64,000 nucleotides of DNA from an uncultured Christensenella sp. (GCA_910586385.1 CAJUGX010000001.1:78408-142407), one strand, 5' to 3'; shown: positions 17,793 through 25,163, numbered from the stretch's first letter. Translations and numbers: made by a program. Notes: generated by a model not told the origin, from the sequence alone.

Positions 17793-18155
17793 CTAATAGT
17801 CATTGCCCATCACGATTTTGTTTACGCCTTCCAAAAGATCTTCATAGATTTTCTTTTGACCATCGTCTCCAAAGGTGAATGCGTTTTGGCACTCCGCCAT
17901 TGTCATAATGTCTTTGTAAGCCATTGGATCCTTGAGAAGTTCGCCCTCGTCTTTGATTTTGAGTTTGTACAACATCAATCCCCAATAGGCATCTGCACAC
18001 TTGCTGTCATACTGAAGAGCCAACAAAAAGTTTAACCTCGCTTGCTCAAACATACCTTCACTCAAATTGAGATAACCGAGTCGAAGTTCTTTCAACACCC
18101 TTGGTTGTCTCTCTGGCTTCACAGAGTCAGATGCTTGATACATTCTTACACTCAT
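17793..18155 (-). CDS. Small TPR-like helical protein
   Basis: 120 aa. ..GMFEQARLNFLLALQYDSKCADAYWGLMLYKL.. resembles the TPR segment near the N-terminus of the 1280-aa protein. ATGA overlap with the upstream gene. Confidence 0.5.
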   Translation of the reverse strand: MSVRMYQASDSVKPERQPRVLKELRLGYLNLSEGMFEQARLNFLLALQYDSKCADAYWGLMLYKLKIKDEGELLKDPMAYKDIMTMAECQNAFTFGDDGQKKIYEDLLEGVNKIVMGNDY

Positions 18156-18574
18156 GCTTGCTCTTCCTTCTTTCTTTGCACGATGTATGCTTCAACTTCT
18201 TCAAGCATTCTCATGCAAGTCTCTTGTGTGTTGTCTTTTGCAACGAGGATTTTCAAGTCATCAAGTTTGTTTGAAAGTTTTGCATCCACTGCCAAAACTT
18301 TTTGATTTGTTGTTGGATTGAAAAATCTTACATTGTCTTTCACTTCCACCAATCTTCTGCAAAGTTCGTCATTTCCATCCGCATAAACAATAATTGATTC
18401 AACATTTGCGACCATGTTTTCGATTGACTTTTTGTTTTTAAGCACTCCACGGCTTCCAACATCTTCTTTTTCGCCGCCAGCTGATTTGCTACCTTTTCTG
18501 CCGTATTCTCTCCACATAAAGAAACCGGCAAGACCAAGGACAGCAACCGCAACGATAACATAAACTACCCACAT
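18152..18574 (-). CDS. N-terminally anchored membrane protein with a cytoplasmic helical domain
   Basis: 140 aa. TM helix MWVVYVIVAVAVLGLAGFFMW, then a charged linker and a helical domain. Confidence 0.5.
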   Translation of the reverse strand: MWVVYVIVAVAVLGLAGFFMWREYGRKGSKSAGGEKEDVGSRGVLKNKKSIENMVANVESIIVYADGNDELCRRLVEVKDNVRFFNPTTNQKVLAVDAKLSNKLDDLKILVAKDNTQETCMRMLEEVEAYIVQRKKEEQA

Positions 18575-18583
18575 ATTTCCTCC

Positions 18584-19432
18584 TTATATCTTCTTTCCGC
18601 AATTCTGACAGAACTTGGCAGTTGCACTGTTTTCAGTGTTGCAATCTGGACAAATCTTTGTCCCACCAACTTTTCTTCCGCAGTTGTTGCAGAACTTTGC
18701 ATTCGCATTCAACTCTTCTCCACAGTCTGGACAATAAACCGCCCCCACACTTTTTGGAGCAGCAGGCTTTGCCCCGCCCTTGAAGTTTCCTGAGAGTTTT
18801 GCGTAATCAGCATCGTCAATGATAATATTTGCAATATTGAAAGAATAAACAGCGATTCCGTATTCTCCCATAAGTTTTTGATTGAGTTTTGTCAAAACCT
18901 TGGCAGAAATCTCTCTCTTCTTGACTGTGACTTGATTGAACAAAATTTCTTGAGCACTCACATACTCCACAACAACATTTTCAACGACAGACACAACTGT
19001 TGTTTGAAGTCTGTCTTGAAGATCCGCGGTTGTCAAATCGTTGTCCGCTCCAATCAGATAAAGATAACACTTTCTTGGATCACCAATCTGCACATCATAA
19101 TCGCCACTCATGCCAACTCGATAGTTTTCTTGCAGATTTGCATCATACATCAAAAACTTTTGAGCTGTCCCCCACAAGAGGTTGAGTTTTGCAGTCTTTG
19201 ACATAAACAAAACTTCCAAATTGCTGTCCATCTCGCTCTTGATGTCCACAAACTTGCTGACAAGATACTTGCCAGAAGACAATGTTTGAAGCATCTGCCC
19301 ATCTTTAATCAAAATAGCATTGTGCGTTTCTGGGACAAGCAGAGTTAGTTTTGGAGTCAATGTCTCAATTTTATGACGGTTGAAAAGCTGTTTGTTGTCA
19401 CCGGAAAATGTAATTACATTTTGTTCCATCAT
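18584..19432 (-). CDS. YdjI-type SPFH-domain protein (COG4260 'virion core protein'-like) with two C-terminal zinc ribbons
   Basis: 282 aa. ..LLVPETHNAILIKDGQMLQTLSSGKY..LWGTAQKFLMYD..YRVGMSGDYDVQIGDP.. follows the YdjI pattern. The C-terminus has CPDCGEEL..CNNCG and CPDCNTEN..CQNCG. The second ATG (19429) may be the true start. Confidence 0.7.
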   Translation of the reverse strand: MMEQNVITFSGDNKQLFNRHKIETLTPKLTLLVPETHNAILIKDGQMLQTLSSGKYLVSKFVDIKSEMDSNLEVLFMSKTAKLNLLWGTAQKFLMYDANLQENYRVGMSGDYDVQIGDPRKCYLYLIGADNDLTTADLQDRLQTTVVSVVENVVVEYVSAQEILFNQVTVKKREISAKVLTKLNQKLMGEYGIAVYSFNIANIIIDDADYAKLSGNFKGGAKPAAPKSVGAVYCPDCGEELNANAKFCNNCGRKVGGTKICPDCNTENSATAKFCQNCGKKI

Positions 19433-19473
19433 TACCCCTTCGTTTTGCAGAAGATATTCTCCTTCATATTGAT

Positions 19474-19501
19474 ATTATCACAAACATTTTTCAAAAGTCA
19501 A
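19474..19501 (-). promoter_or_regulatory. Promoter of the ESCRT-like operon (TTGACT-16-TGtGATAAT)
   Basis: The minus strand reads TTGACTtttgaaaaatgtttgTGATAAT about 35-40 nt upstream of the SPFH start. Confidence 0.5.
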
Positions 19502-19762
19502 AGAGAAAGCAAAACAAACACAAAAATCCGGCAAATTATTTGCATTTTGCCAAGAAAATCTCGCCGTGTCATCCACAATAAAGGATGTCGCCGACTAGAC
19601 ATTCTTTTTCTCTAATTCTCTGCTCCACACACCGCGTCAAATTTCAGAAAAAAGATATTTTTTGAAATCATTCACACTTGGATGAAAATTTTAATACATT
19701 GTTAATGTGTAGATGTTTTACACATAAAAGTCGTACATAAGAAAATCTTTTAGGAGGCACAA

Positions 19763-19960
19763 ATGAACTTTTTCGGAGGCTCAAATTGTGGAGATGTAAG
19801 AGATAACTGCAACTGCGGTAATGACTGCTGCTCACTTATCTTCTTGCTTTTGCTCTTACAAAACTGTGGCTGTGGGTTTATGAAAGGTGGCATCAACGTT
19901 GACTGTGGAACAATCATGTTCTTGCTTCTTCTTTCAACCTGCGGATGTGGCAATAAATAA
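19763..19960 (+). CDS. Cysteine-rich hydrophobic small protein (65 aa, 10 Cys) with two internal modules
   Basis: Strong RBS (TAGGAGGcacaaATG) and a strong terminator. The sequence is MNFFGGSNCGDVRDNCNCGNDCCSLIFLLLLLQNCGCG / FMKGGINVDCGTIMFLLLLSTCGCGNK. Confidence 0.65.
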   Translation: MNFFGGSNCGDVRDNCNCGNDCCSLIFLLLLLQNCGCGFMKGGINVDCGTIMFLLLLSTCGCGNK

Positions 19961-19992
19961 TCGCCCGCAAACAAAAACTCAAAACCTGAAAA

Positions 19993-20026
19993 TAAAGTCC
20001 CAACTGACTATGGGACTTTATTTTTT
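19993..20026 (+). terminator. Rho-independent terminator
   Basis: TAAAGTCCCA-(8 nt)-TGGGACTTTA followed by TTTTTT. Confidence 0.8.
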
Positions 20027-20143
20027 ATATCCGTTTACATAAAAATTGCTAAAAAAAACGATTTTTCAAAAAAATATCTTGTCAAATTATTTACTTTTTG
20101 TTTGTTTTATTGTAAAATATTTTGGTATAAAGGAGAAAGACCT

Positions 20144-20542
20144 ATGAACATTGAGAAAAAATATGGAGAAGGAGCAGAGCTTATTTGGTCTGACAGAAAA
20201 AGATTTTGGGGAATGCCACTTTCTTTCACAAGATACAGATTGATCAGAAAACCTGGCTCATGGTTTAAGTTGTTTTCAGACATCGGATTCACATACTCTG
20301 AAGTTGAAGAACTCAACCTCTATCGTGTGTGCGATATCTCATTCAGACAATCACTCTTTGGAAAGCTGTTTGACACAGGATCAGTTATTTTGAGAAGCAA
20401 TGATTCTTCAATGCCAACACTCACTTTGAGAAACATCAAAAATCCTTTCAAAGTAAGGGATATGCTTTCTGAATATATCGAACAAGAAAGAAAAGTCCAT
20501 GGTGTTCGCCTTACAGAACAACATAGACATGGCGGAAGCTAA
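20144..20542 (+). CDS. Bacterial PH-domain (bPH_2/YdbS-like) protein
   Basis: Start at MNIEKK, with RBS AAAGGAGAAAG. ..YRLIRKPGSWFKLFSDIGFTYSEVEELNLYRVCDISFRQSLFGKLFDTGSVIL.. fits the bPH_2 pattern. Confidence 0.55.
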   Translation: MNIEKKYGEGAELIWSDRKRFWGMPLSFTRYRLIRKPGSWFKLFSDIGFTYSEVEELNLYRVCDISFRQSLFGKLFDTGSVILRSNDSSMPTLTLRNIKNPFKVRDMLSEYIEQERKVHGVRLTEQHRHGGS

Positions 20543-20550
20543 CAGAACAA

Positions 20551-20585
20551 AAATGCTTGCGATATGCAAGCATTTTTCTTTTTCA
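20551..20585 (+). terminator. Rho-independent terminator
   Basis: ATGCTTGC-gatat-GCAAGCAT followed by TTTTCTTTTT. Confidence 0.8.
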
Positions 20586-20604
20586 AATTTTTTTTGAAAA
20601 ATTC

Positions 20605-20633
20605 TTGACATACTCCCCTCAAAATGGTAATAT
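20605..20633 (+). promoter_or_regulatory. Near-consensus promoter for tRNA-Ala (TTGACA-17-TGgTAATAT)
   Basis: TTGACA lies at 20605-20610 and TAATAT at 20628-20633, with TG at 20625-20626. Confidence 0.6.
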
Positions 20634-20645
20634 TTAAGAGCATAT

Positions 20646-20722
20646 GGGGGTATGGCTCAGTTGGCTAGAGCACCTGCCTTGCAAGCAGGGGGTCATCGGT
20701 TCGAATCCGATTATCTCCACCA
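20646..20722 (+). tRNA. tRNA-Ala (anticodon UGC), with CCA encoded
   Basis: I folded the cloverleaf by hand: acceptor GGGGGTA/TATCTCC with the G3:U70 alanine identity pair, D-arm GCTC..GAGC, anticodon loop CTTGCAA, T-arm ATCGG-TTCGAAT-CCGAT, then A-CCA. Confidence 0.95.
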
Positions 20723-20725
20723 GAC

Positions 20726-20772
20726 AAACCTAAGGTAAATTCGTTTTGAGAAAATCGCCTTAGGTTTTTTTC
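20726..20772 (+). terminator. Terminator after tRNA-Ala
   Basis: AAACCTAAGG-(22 nt)-CCTTAGGTTT followed by TTTT. Confidence 0.65.
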
Positions 20773-20849
20773 TTTTGTCACATTTTGTTTTGCTTGGTTT
20801 GAAATTTTGTTTATGTTATAATGTTATATAAAGTATGGAGAAAAACTGG

Positions 20850-21794
20850 ATGAAATCACCTCGTAATAAAACAATTGATTTTTCTATGGATAAAGGACAA
20901 CAATACCTCAACAGATGTATTGATGTTTCATCTGATGTTTCATTGCCAGAAATCTTGGACAAGACAATTTATGGAGATACTTTCGAAGTGTTGAAACACC
21001 TTCCTAAAAAGTGTGTAGATTTGCTGATAGTTGACCCCTGCTACAATCTTGACAAAAATTTCCATGGATTGAAGTTTTCAAAACTCAACGATACCGAATA
21101 TGTCAAATATACTTGCCGTTGGATTGAAGCCGTTTTGCCTCTTTTGAAAGACAATGCTTCAATATATGTTTGTTGTGATTGGCAATCCAGTCTGTTGATT
21201 GGAAATGTTTTGAATCAATATTTCAACATTGTAAATCGCATAACTTGGCAACGAGAAAAAGGAAGGGGCGCTCAAACCAACTGGAAAAATGCAATGGAAG
21301 ACATTTGGTTTGCAACCGTTTCAAAAAAATACACTTTCAATGTCGAATCTGTAAAATCAAGAAGAAAAGTTATTGCGCCTTATAAAACGAATGGAAAACC
21401 AAAAGACTGGGAAGAAACCGAGGGGGGAAATTATAGAAACACATACCCTTCAAATTTTTGGGATGATATTTCAATCCCATATTGGTCAATGCCTGAAAAC
21501 ACCGCACATCCAACTCAAAAACCCGAGAAATTGTTTGCAAAATTGATTTTAGCAAGCAGCAACAAAGGGGATGTCGTTTTGGATCCATTCTTAGGCTCTG
21601 GTACGTCATCAGTGGTTGCAAAAAAACTTGGAAGACACTTCATTGGTATTGAACAGAATCCCCTCTACTGCTCTTGGGCTGAGTATAGATTGGAATTGGC
21701 AGACACCGACAAAACAATACAAGGATATACAAACGGTGTTTTCTGGGAAAGAAATACTTTGTCGCAACAACATAAGGAGAAAAAAGATGATTGA
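20850..21794 (+). CDS. Beta-class DNA amino-methyltransferase (N6-A or N4-C), part of a type II R-M locus
   Basis: Motif IV comes first (LLIVDPCYNL, a DPPY variant). Motif I follows (VLDPFLGSGTSSVVAKKLGRHFIGIE). The start at 20850 has GGAG 9 nt upstream. The alternative start is 20835. Confidence 0.85.
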   Translation: MKSPRNKTIDFSMDKGQQYLNRCIDVSSDVSLPEILDKTIYGDTFEVLKHLPKKCVDLLIVDPCYNLDKNFHGLKFSKLNDTEYVKYTCRWIEAVLPLLKDNASIYVCCDWQSSLLIGNVLNQYFNIVNRITWQREKGRGAQTNWKNAMEDIWFATVSKKYTFNVESVKSRRKVIAPYKTNGKPKDWEETEGGNYRNTYPSNFWDDISIPYWSMPENTAHPTQKPEKLFAKLILASSNKGDVVLDPFLGSGTSSVVAKKLGRHFIGIEQNPLYCSWAEYRLELADTDKTIQGYTNGVFWERNTLSQQHKEKKDD

Positions 21795-22445
21795 TTCACC
21801 AATTTTTGAAGAAAATAATTTGAAACAAATAGAATTCAACATATTGAATCTGCTTAAAAACTGCACAGAACTCAACAATCCTCACATTGCAAACAGTCCC
21901 CGTGCTGTCGGCGACAGTGTGCAAGAAGTTTTGGGAGAACGAATGAGTGAATGTTTCCCAAGTGGCACAATAAAGGATTTTAGTGATAGTTTTGCAAGAA
22001 GGGCAATGGCAGATGTAGCCTTTATAGATTCGCAAGACAACTATTTCGCTGTTGACATAAAAACCCACAATAGGTGCACTGACTTCAATATGCCAAACTT
22101 AACATCAGTGGAACGCCTTTCAAAGTTTTATGAAAAAATAAAAACTTCTTTATTATACTACTGGCAGAATACAAAGTCACCGATGGCACAATAGAATTTG
22201 ATGCCGTAAGGCTTGTCCCAATTGAACATCTAAAATGGGATTGTTTAACAATCGGAGCATTAGGTTGGGGACAAATTCAAATTGCAAATGCAAGCTTTGT
22301 AAACATTGATCGTACACAAAAACGAAAAGACTGGATGTTGCAATTGTGCAATAAGATGGGCATTTTCTATCCAAAAGAAATTGCAAAGATACAGAAAAGA
22401 ATCAATCGCTTTGAAGAAATACGAAAGTTCTGGAATCAAAAATAA
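21787..22445 (+). pseudogene. Type II restriction endonuclease (PD-(D/E)XK-like), disrupted by a -1 frameshift at a poly-A tract
   Basis: The start overlaps the MTase stop by 8 nt. The candidate active site is ..ADVAFIDSQDNYFAVDIKTH... Frame 1 stops at TAG 22192-22194. The +1 frame continues ..KNKNFFIILLAEYKVTDGTIEFDAVRLVPIEHLKWD..RKFWNQK* to 22445. The A6 run lies at 22133-22138. Confidence 0.65.
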
Positions 22446-22467
22446 ATCATCAAAAGGAGATTGAATA

Positions 22468-23136
22468 ATGCTAGAAACATTGGACAAGATTTTGTTGAGC
22501 GAACAGCCAGTGGCTGCCTTCTATAAAGCCTACGAGCAAGAAGCTTTCAAAACATGGCTTTTGGAAATTTTGCCAGAAGTGCAAAGATGCAAAGAGTTGA
22601 GGCAAGACAACCCTTGGCACATCTACAACTGCCTTGACCACATTCTCCATTCTGTTGAAGAAATCAACAAATTGACAACCGCTCTCCCACATGAAATTCG
22701 CAGAATGCTTGCCCACACAATGTTTCTGCACGACATCGGCAAACCCGCTTGCTTCTTGAGAAGATATTCAAAACTCTATGGCAGAGAAGTTGACAGCTTC
22801 TTCAATCACAACTTGGAGAGCAAAAAGGTCGGAAGCAGAGTTTTATCCACTTTCGGATTTTCTGAAAAGGAAAAAGCTGAAATGGAAATGCTTATTGAAA
22901 TGCATGACATCTTCATGTTTGTCAGATTGAAAGATGACGGCAACAGATTTCATCATGTCCTCACCCCAGAATATCTAGGCAGCGAGATTGAAAAACTTGA
23001 CAAAGTGGGGGATGGAAAAGTTTTGATGAAATATCTCATCATGGTTGGAATAGCTGACAACAAAGCACAAAACCCACAGATGACAAAAGAATCTTTGCAT
23101 CTTTTGGATGTGATGAACGATATGTTGGAAAAATAA
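22468..23136 (+). CDS. HD-domain phosphohydrolase
   Basis: Contains ..HILHSVEE.. and ..HTMFLHDIGKP.. (H..HD signature). RBS AAAGGAG. Confidence 0.75.
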   Translation: MLETLDKILLSEQPVAAFYKAYEQEAFKTWLLEILPEVQRCKELRQDNPWHIYNCLDHILHSVEEINKLTTALPHEIRRMLAHTMFLHDIGKPACFLRRYSKLYGREVDSFFNHNLESKKVGSRVLSTFGFSEKEKAEMEMLIEMHDIFMFVRLKDDGNRFHHVLTPEYLGSEIEKLDKVGDGKVLMKYLIMVGIADNKAQNPQMTKESLHLLDVMNDMLEK

Positions 23137-23146
23137 AACAACAAAC

Positions 23147-23178
23147 AAAAGACCGTGCAAAGTTACACGGCCTTTTTT
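23147..23178. terminator. Bidirectional terminator between convergent genes
   Basis: CCGTG-(8 nt)-CACGG, flanked by an A-run upstream and a T-run downstream. Confidence 0.55.
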
Positions 23179-23182
23179 ATTT

Positions 23183-24055
23183 TCATGTTTTTCCCTGATT
23201 GTTTTTTATATCAAATTCCTCTTTTATTCTTTTTACTTTCTCTCTCAAACTTTCAATATCAACAATTGATGCCCTTCGACCCCTCTTCACAGAAATCACA
23301 ACAATTTCATTTTTTTCAAGACAGTTTTCTGAATAAGCAACATAATCCTTCCCATCAGCAGAGACAATCACTTTGCATTTCTCTTTCTTTGTTGTGGAAT
23401 TTCTTCTTGTCTTTCTGCCGTCCCCAGCATTTGAAATCCGACATTCCTTCACCTGTCCGGTCAGCAATTTCAATTTGTCCAATTTTCTTACTTGAAATTT
23501 TATTGAGCAGTTTTGAAAGACAACGGCCACCAGAAAACACGTAAGTATTGTTCCAACAAACAAGCAAAAGCACACGAGTGCCCCAATATAAATCTGAAAA
23601 AAAGCAAAGACTGGAATAAGGAAGAAATCAGTCATCAAAAAACCAAAGAAGAGCCAACCAAGGATTTTCTCCTTATCAGTTGAATTCTTATATCTCTTCC
23701 CTGCACGCTTGGAAAAATCCTTTATTTCTTCTTCCCTGCTCGGTCTTTCGTCCTCGTCAGAATCAGAATCCTCTTCCTCTCTTTTGCGCCTTTCTTCCTT
23801 TTTCTTCTCACTTTTGTCATCTTCCAACTTGCCAGTCATCACCAAAATCAAACAAATCACAACCAAAATAAACATGGTGACAAAAGTGCCTGCTGATAGA
23901 ATAAGTTGTCCCGCTGAAAAAACAGGCTTGTTCTTGGTGTAGTTTCCAACAATCAGCAAAATCACACCAACAATAATTGGTATCAAAACAATCAAACTAA
24001 TCTTTTTCAATTTTTTCATCGCAAGTACTTTATCATATTTCAAATGAAATTGCAA
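23183..24055 (-). CDS. Polytopic membrane protein with an acidic low-complexity loop
   Basis: 290 aa with several TM helices. The loop reads KKKEERRKREEEDSDSDEDERPSREEE. I recognised no motif. Confidence 0.5.
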   Translation of the reverse strand: MQFHLKYDKVLAMKKLKKISLIVLIPIIVGVILLIVGNYTKNKPVFSAGQLILSAGTFVTMFILVVICLILVMTGKLEDDKSEKKKEERRKREEEDSDSDEDERPSREEEIKDFSKRAGKRYKNSTDKEKILGWLFFGFLMTDFFLIPVFAFFQIYIGALVCFCLFVGTILTCFLVAVVFQNCSIKFQVRKLDKLKLLTGQVKECRISNAGDGRKTRRNSTTKKEKCKVIVSADGKDYVAYSENCLEKNEIVVISVKRGRRASIVDIESLREKVKRIKEEFDIKNNQGKT

Positions 24056-24100
24056 TCAAGCCTCAAAAAAAAGACTGCATCAAATTGCAGCCTTTCTTAT

Positions 24101-24769
24101 TTATTTTGTTTCAGTTTTTTTCTGTCTTTTTGGTTTTTCAGGTTTTGCCTCTGTTGGAGTCTCCACAACCACTGGAGCAACCTCAACCTTGGCTTCGTTT
24201 TGTTTTTTCAATTCTTCCAATATACTTGCAAGAAGTTCTTCTTGTGTTGGCTTTGGAGGAACTGGTGCAGGCTTGTTTGCTTCACGAAGTTCTGCAGTTG
24301 CAGCGACAACTGCCTTATAATCCTTCATGTTTACGCCTTGCTCTTTCAAAATTTTCTTTTCTGCCTTTGTTGGTCTTGCTTTTTGAGCATCTCTCAAATA
24401 TCCAGATGTGCTCATAGCAATTTTCAAAACGAGGAACAATGTGAATGCAATGATGAGGAAGTCGAGCACTGCAGTGATGAATGCACCCCAATCAATGTAA
24501 ATAACAGCATCCCAATTGATTTGATTTGTCCCTTCAACAAAAATTTTCTTGCCAATGATTGTTCTTGCGCCCTCGAGCCCATCTCCACCAGTAATCAATG
24601 CAAGAAGAGCATTGATAAGTGGCATAATGATTTTGTTGGTGAATGCAGTAACTATTGCAGAGAAGGCACCCCCAACGATAACGCCGACAGCCATATCAAG
24701 GATATTTCCACGGCTTATGAATTTTTTGAAATCACTGAAAAAACCTTTTACTTTCCCCTTTTTCTTCAT
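24101..24769 (-). CDS. mscL: Large-conductance mechanosensitive channel MscL with an extended C-terminal tail
   Basis: FKKFISRGNILDMAVGVIVGGAFSAIVTAFTNKIIMPLI is the MscL signature. The start at MKKKGK has RBS AAAGGAGAATAAA. A Pro/Glu/Lys-rich tail of about 80 aa is unusual. Confidence 0.85.
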   Translation of the reverse strand: MKKKGKVKGFFSDFKKFISRGNILDMAVGVIVGGAFSAIVTAFTNKIIMPLINALLALITGGDGLEGARTIIGKKIFVEGTNQINWDAVIYIDWGAFITAVLDFLIIAFTLFLVLKIAMSTSGYLRDAQKARPTKAEKKILKEQGVNMKDYKAVVAATAELREANKPAPVPPKPTQEELLASILEELKKQNEAKVEVAPVVVETPTEAKPEKPKRQKKTETK

Positions 24770-24888
24770 TTTATTCTCCTTTGCTAACTCTAGACATATC
24801 ATAAAACATTTTGATTTTTTAGGCAAGCAAAAACGGACGGTTTCTCTCCATCAAAAAGAAAAATTTTCACTCAACGCAACCAATCTGT

Positions 24889-24917
24889 TTGACAAGCGAA
24901 AATTTTTGTAGTAAGAT
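24889..24917 (+). promoter_or_regulatory. Promoter of the metK leader (TTGACA-17-TAAGAT)
   Basis: TTGACA lies at 24889-24894 and TAAGAT at 24912-24917. Confidence 0.6.
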
Positions 24918-24921
24918 GAAA

Positions 24922-25163
24922 TCAACCATAAAGAGTGTGCGAGAGACCAAACTCAATGACCACACAGCAACCTACATATCCCTCATGGGGTCCCTGAAAG
25001 TGCTTGTCACTTTTGGGGAAAGGCGCAAACAACAGATGGTTGAGATTTCAAGGATTCTTAAAATCGAAATTGTAAGTTGAATTGCCCCGTCGCAAGGTGC
25101 TCCAGTTTGGAAACGATGGACAATATCTGCCTTTTGTATCCATCGTTTACGATGGATTTTTTT
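24922..25163 (+). promoter_or_regulatory. Putative SAM-I (S-box) riboswitch with a terminator/antiterminator expression platform
   Basis: P1 is TCAACCAT (24922-29) paired with ATGGTTGA (25036-43). Inside are AAGAG, GAGAGA..AATGA (K-turn-like) and CAGCAACC, which are S-box-like blocks. Downstream, AACGATGGA (25112-20) competes with the terminator ATCCATCG-ttta-CGATGGAT+T6 (25138-63). It sits upstream of metK. Confidence 0.55.

Noticed and set aside
19432-19467. 11-codon mini-ORF (MKENIFCKTKG) in the ESCRT-like operon leader, whose TAA overlaps the SPFH start as TAATG
   Set aside because: Its ATG coincides with the predicted transcription start and has no RBS. The AAGGAG inside it may simply be part of the leader. 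It is too short, and I cannot assess its conservation without comparative data.
19750-19974. 74-aa minus-strand ORF covering the same DNA as the Cys-rich peptide gene
   Set aside because: It has no RBS. The +strand ORF has a TAGGAGG RBS, an internal repeat structure and a downstream terminator in the correct orientation.
24044-24787. 247-aa +strand ORF opposite mscL. Similar cases are 39538-40272 (+), opposite the TIM-barrel gene, and 48915-49577 (-), opposite the helicase.
   Set aside because: The opposite-strand products carry clear family signatures (MscL, metal-binding TIM barrel, SF1 motifs). These ORFs are Cys/Phe-rich nonsense.
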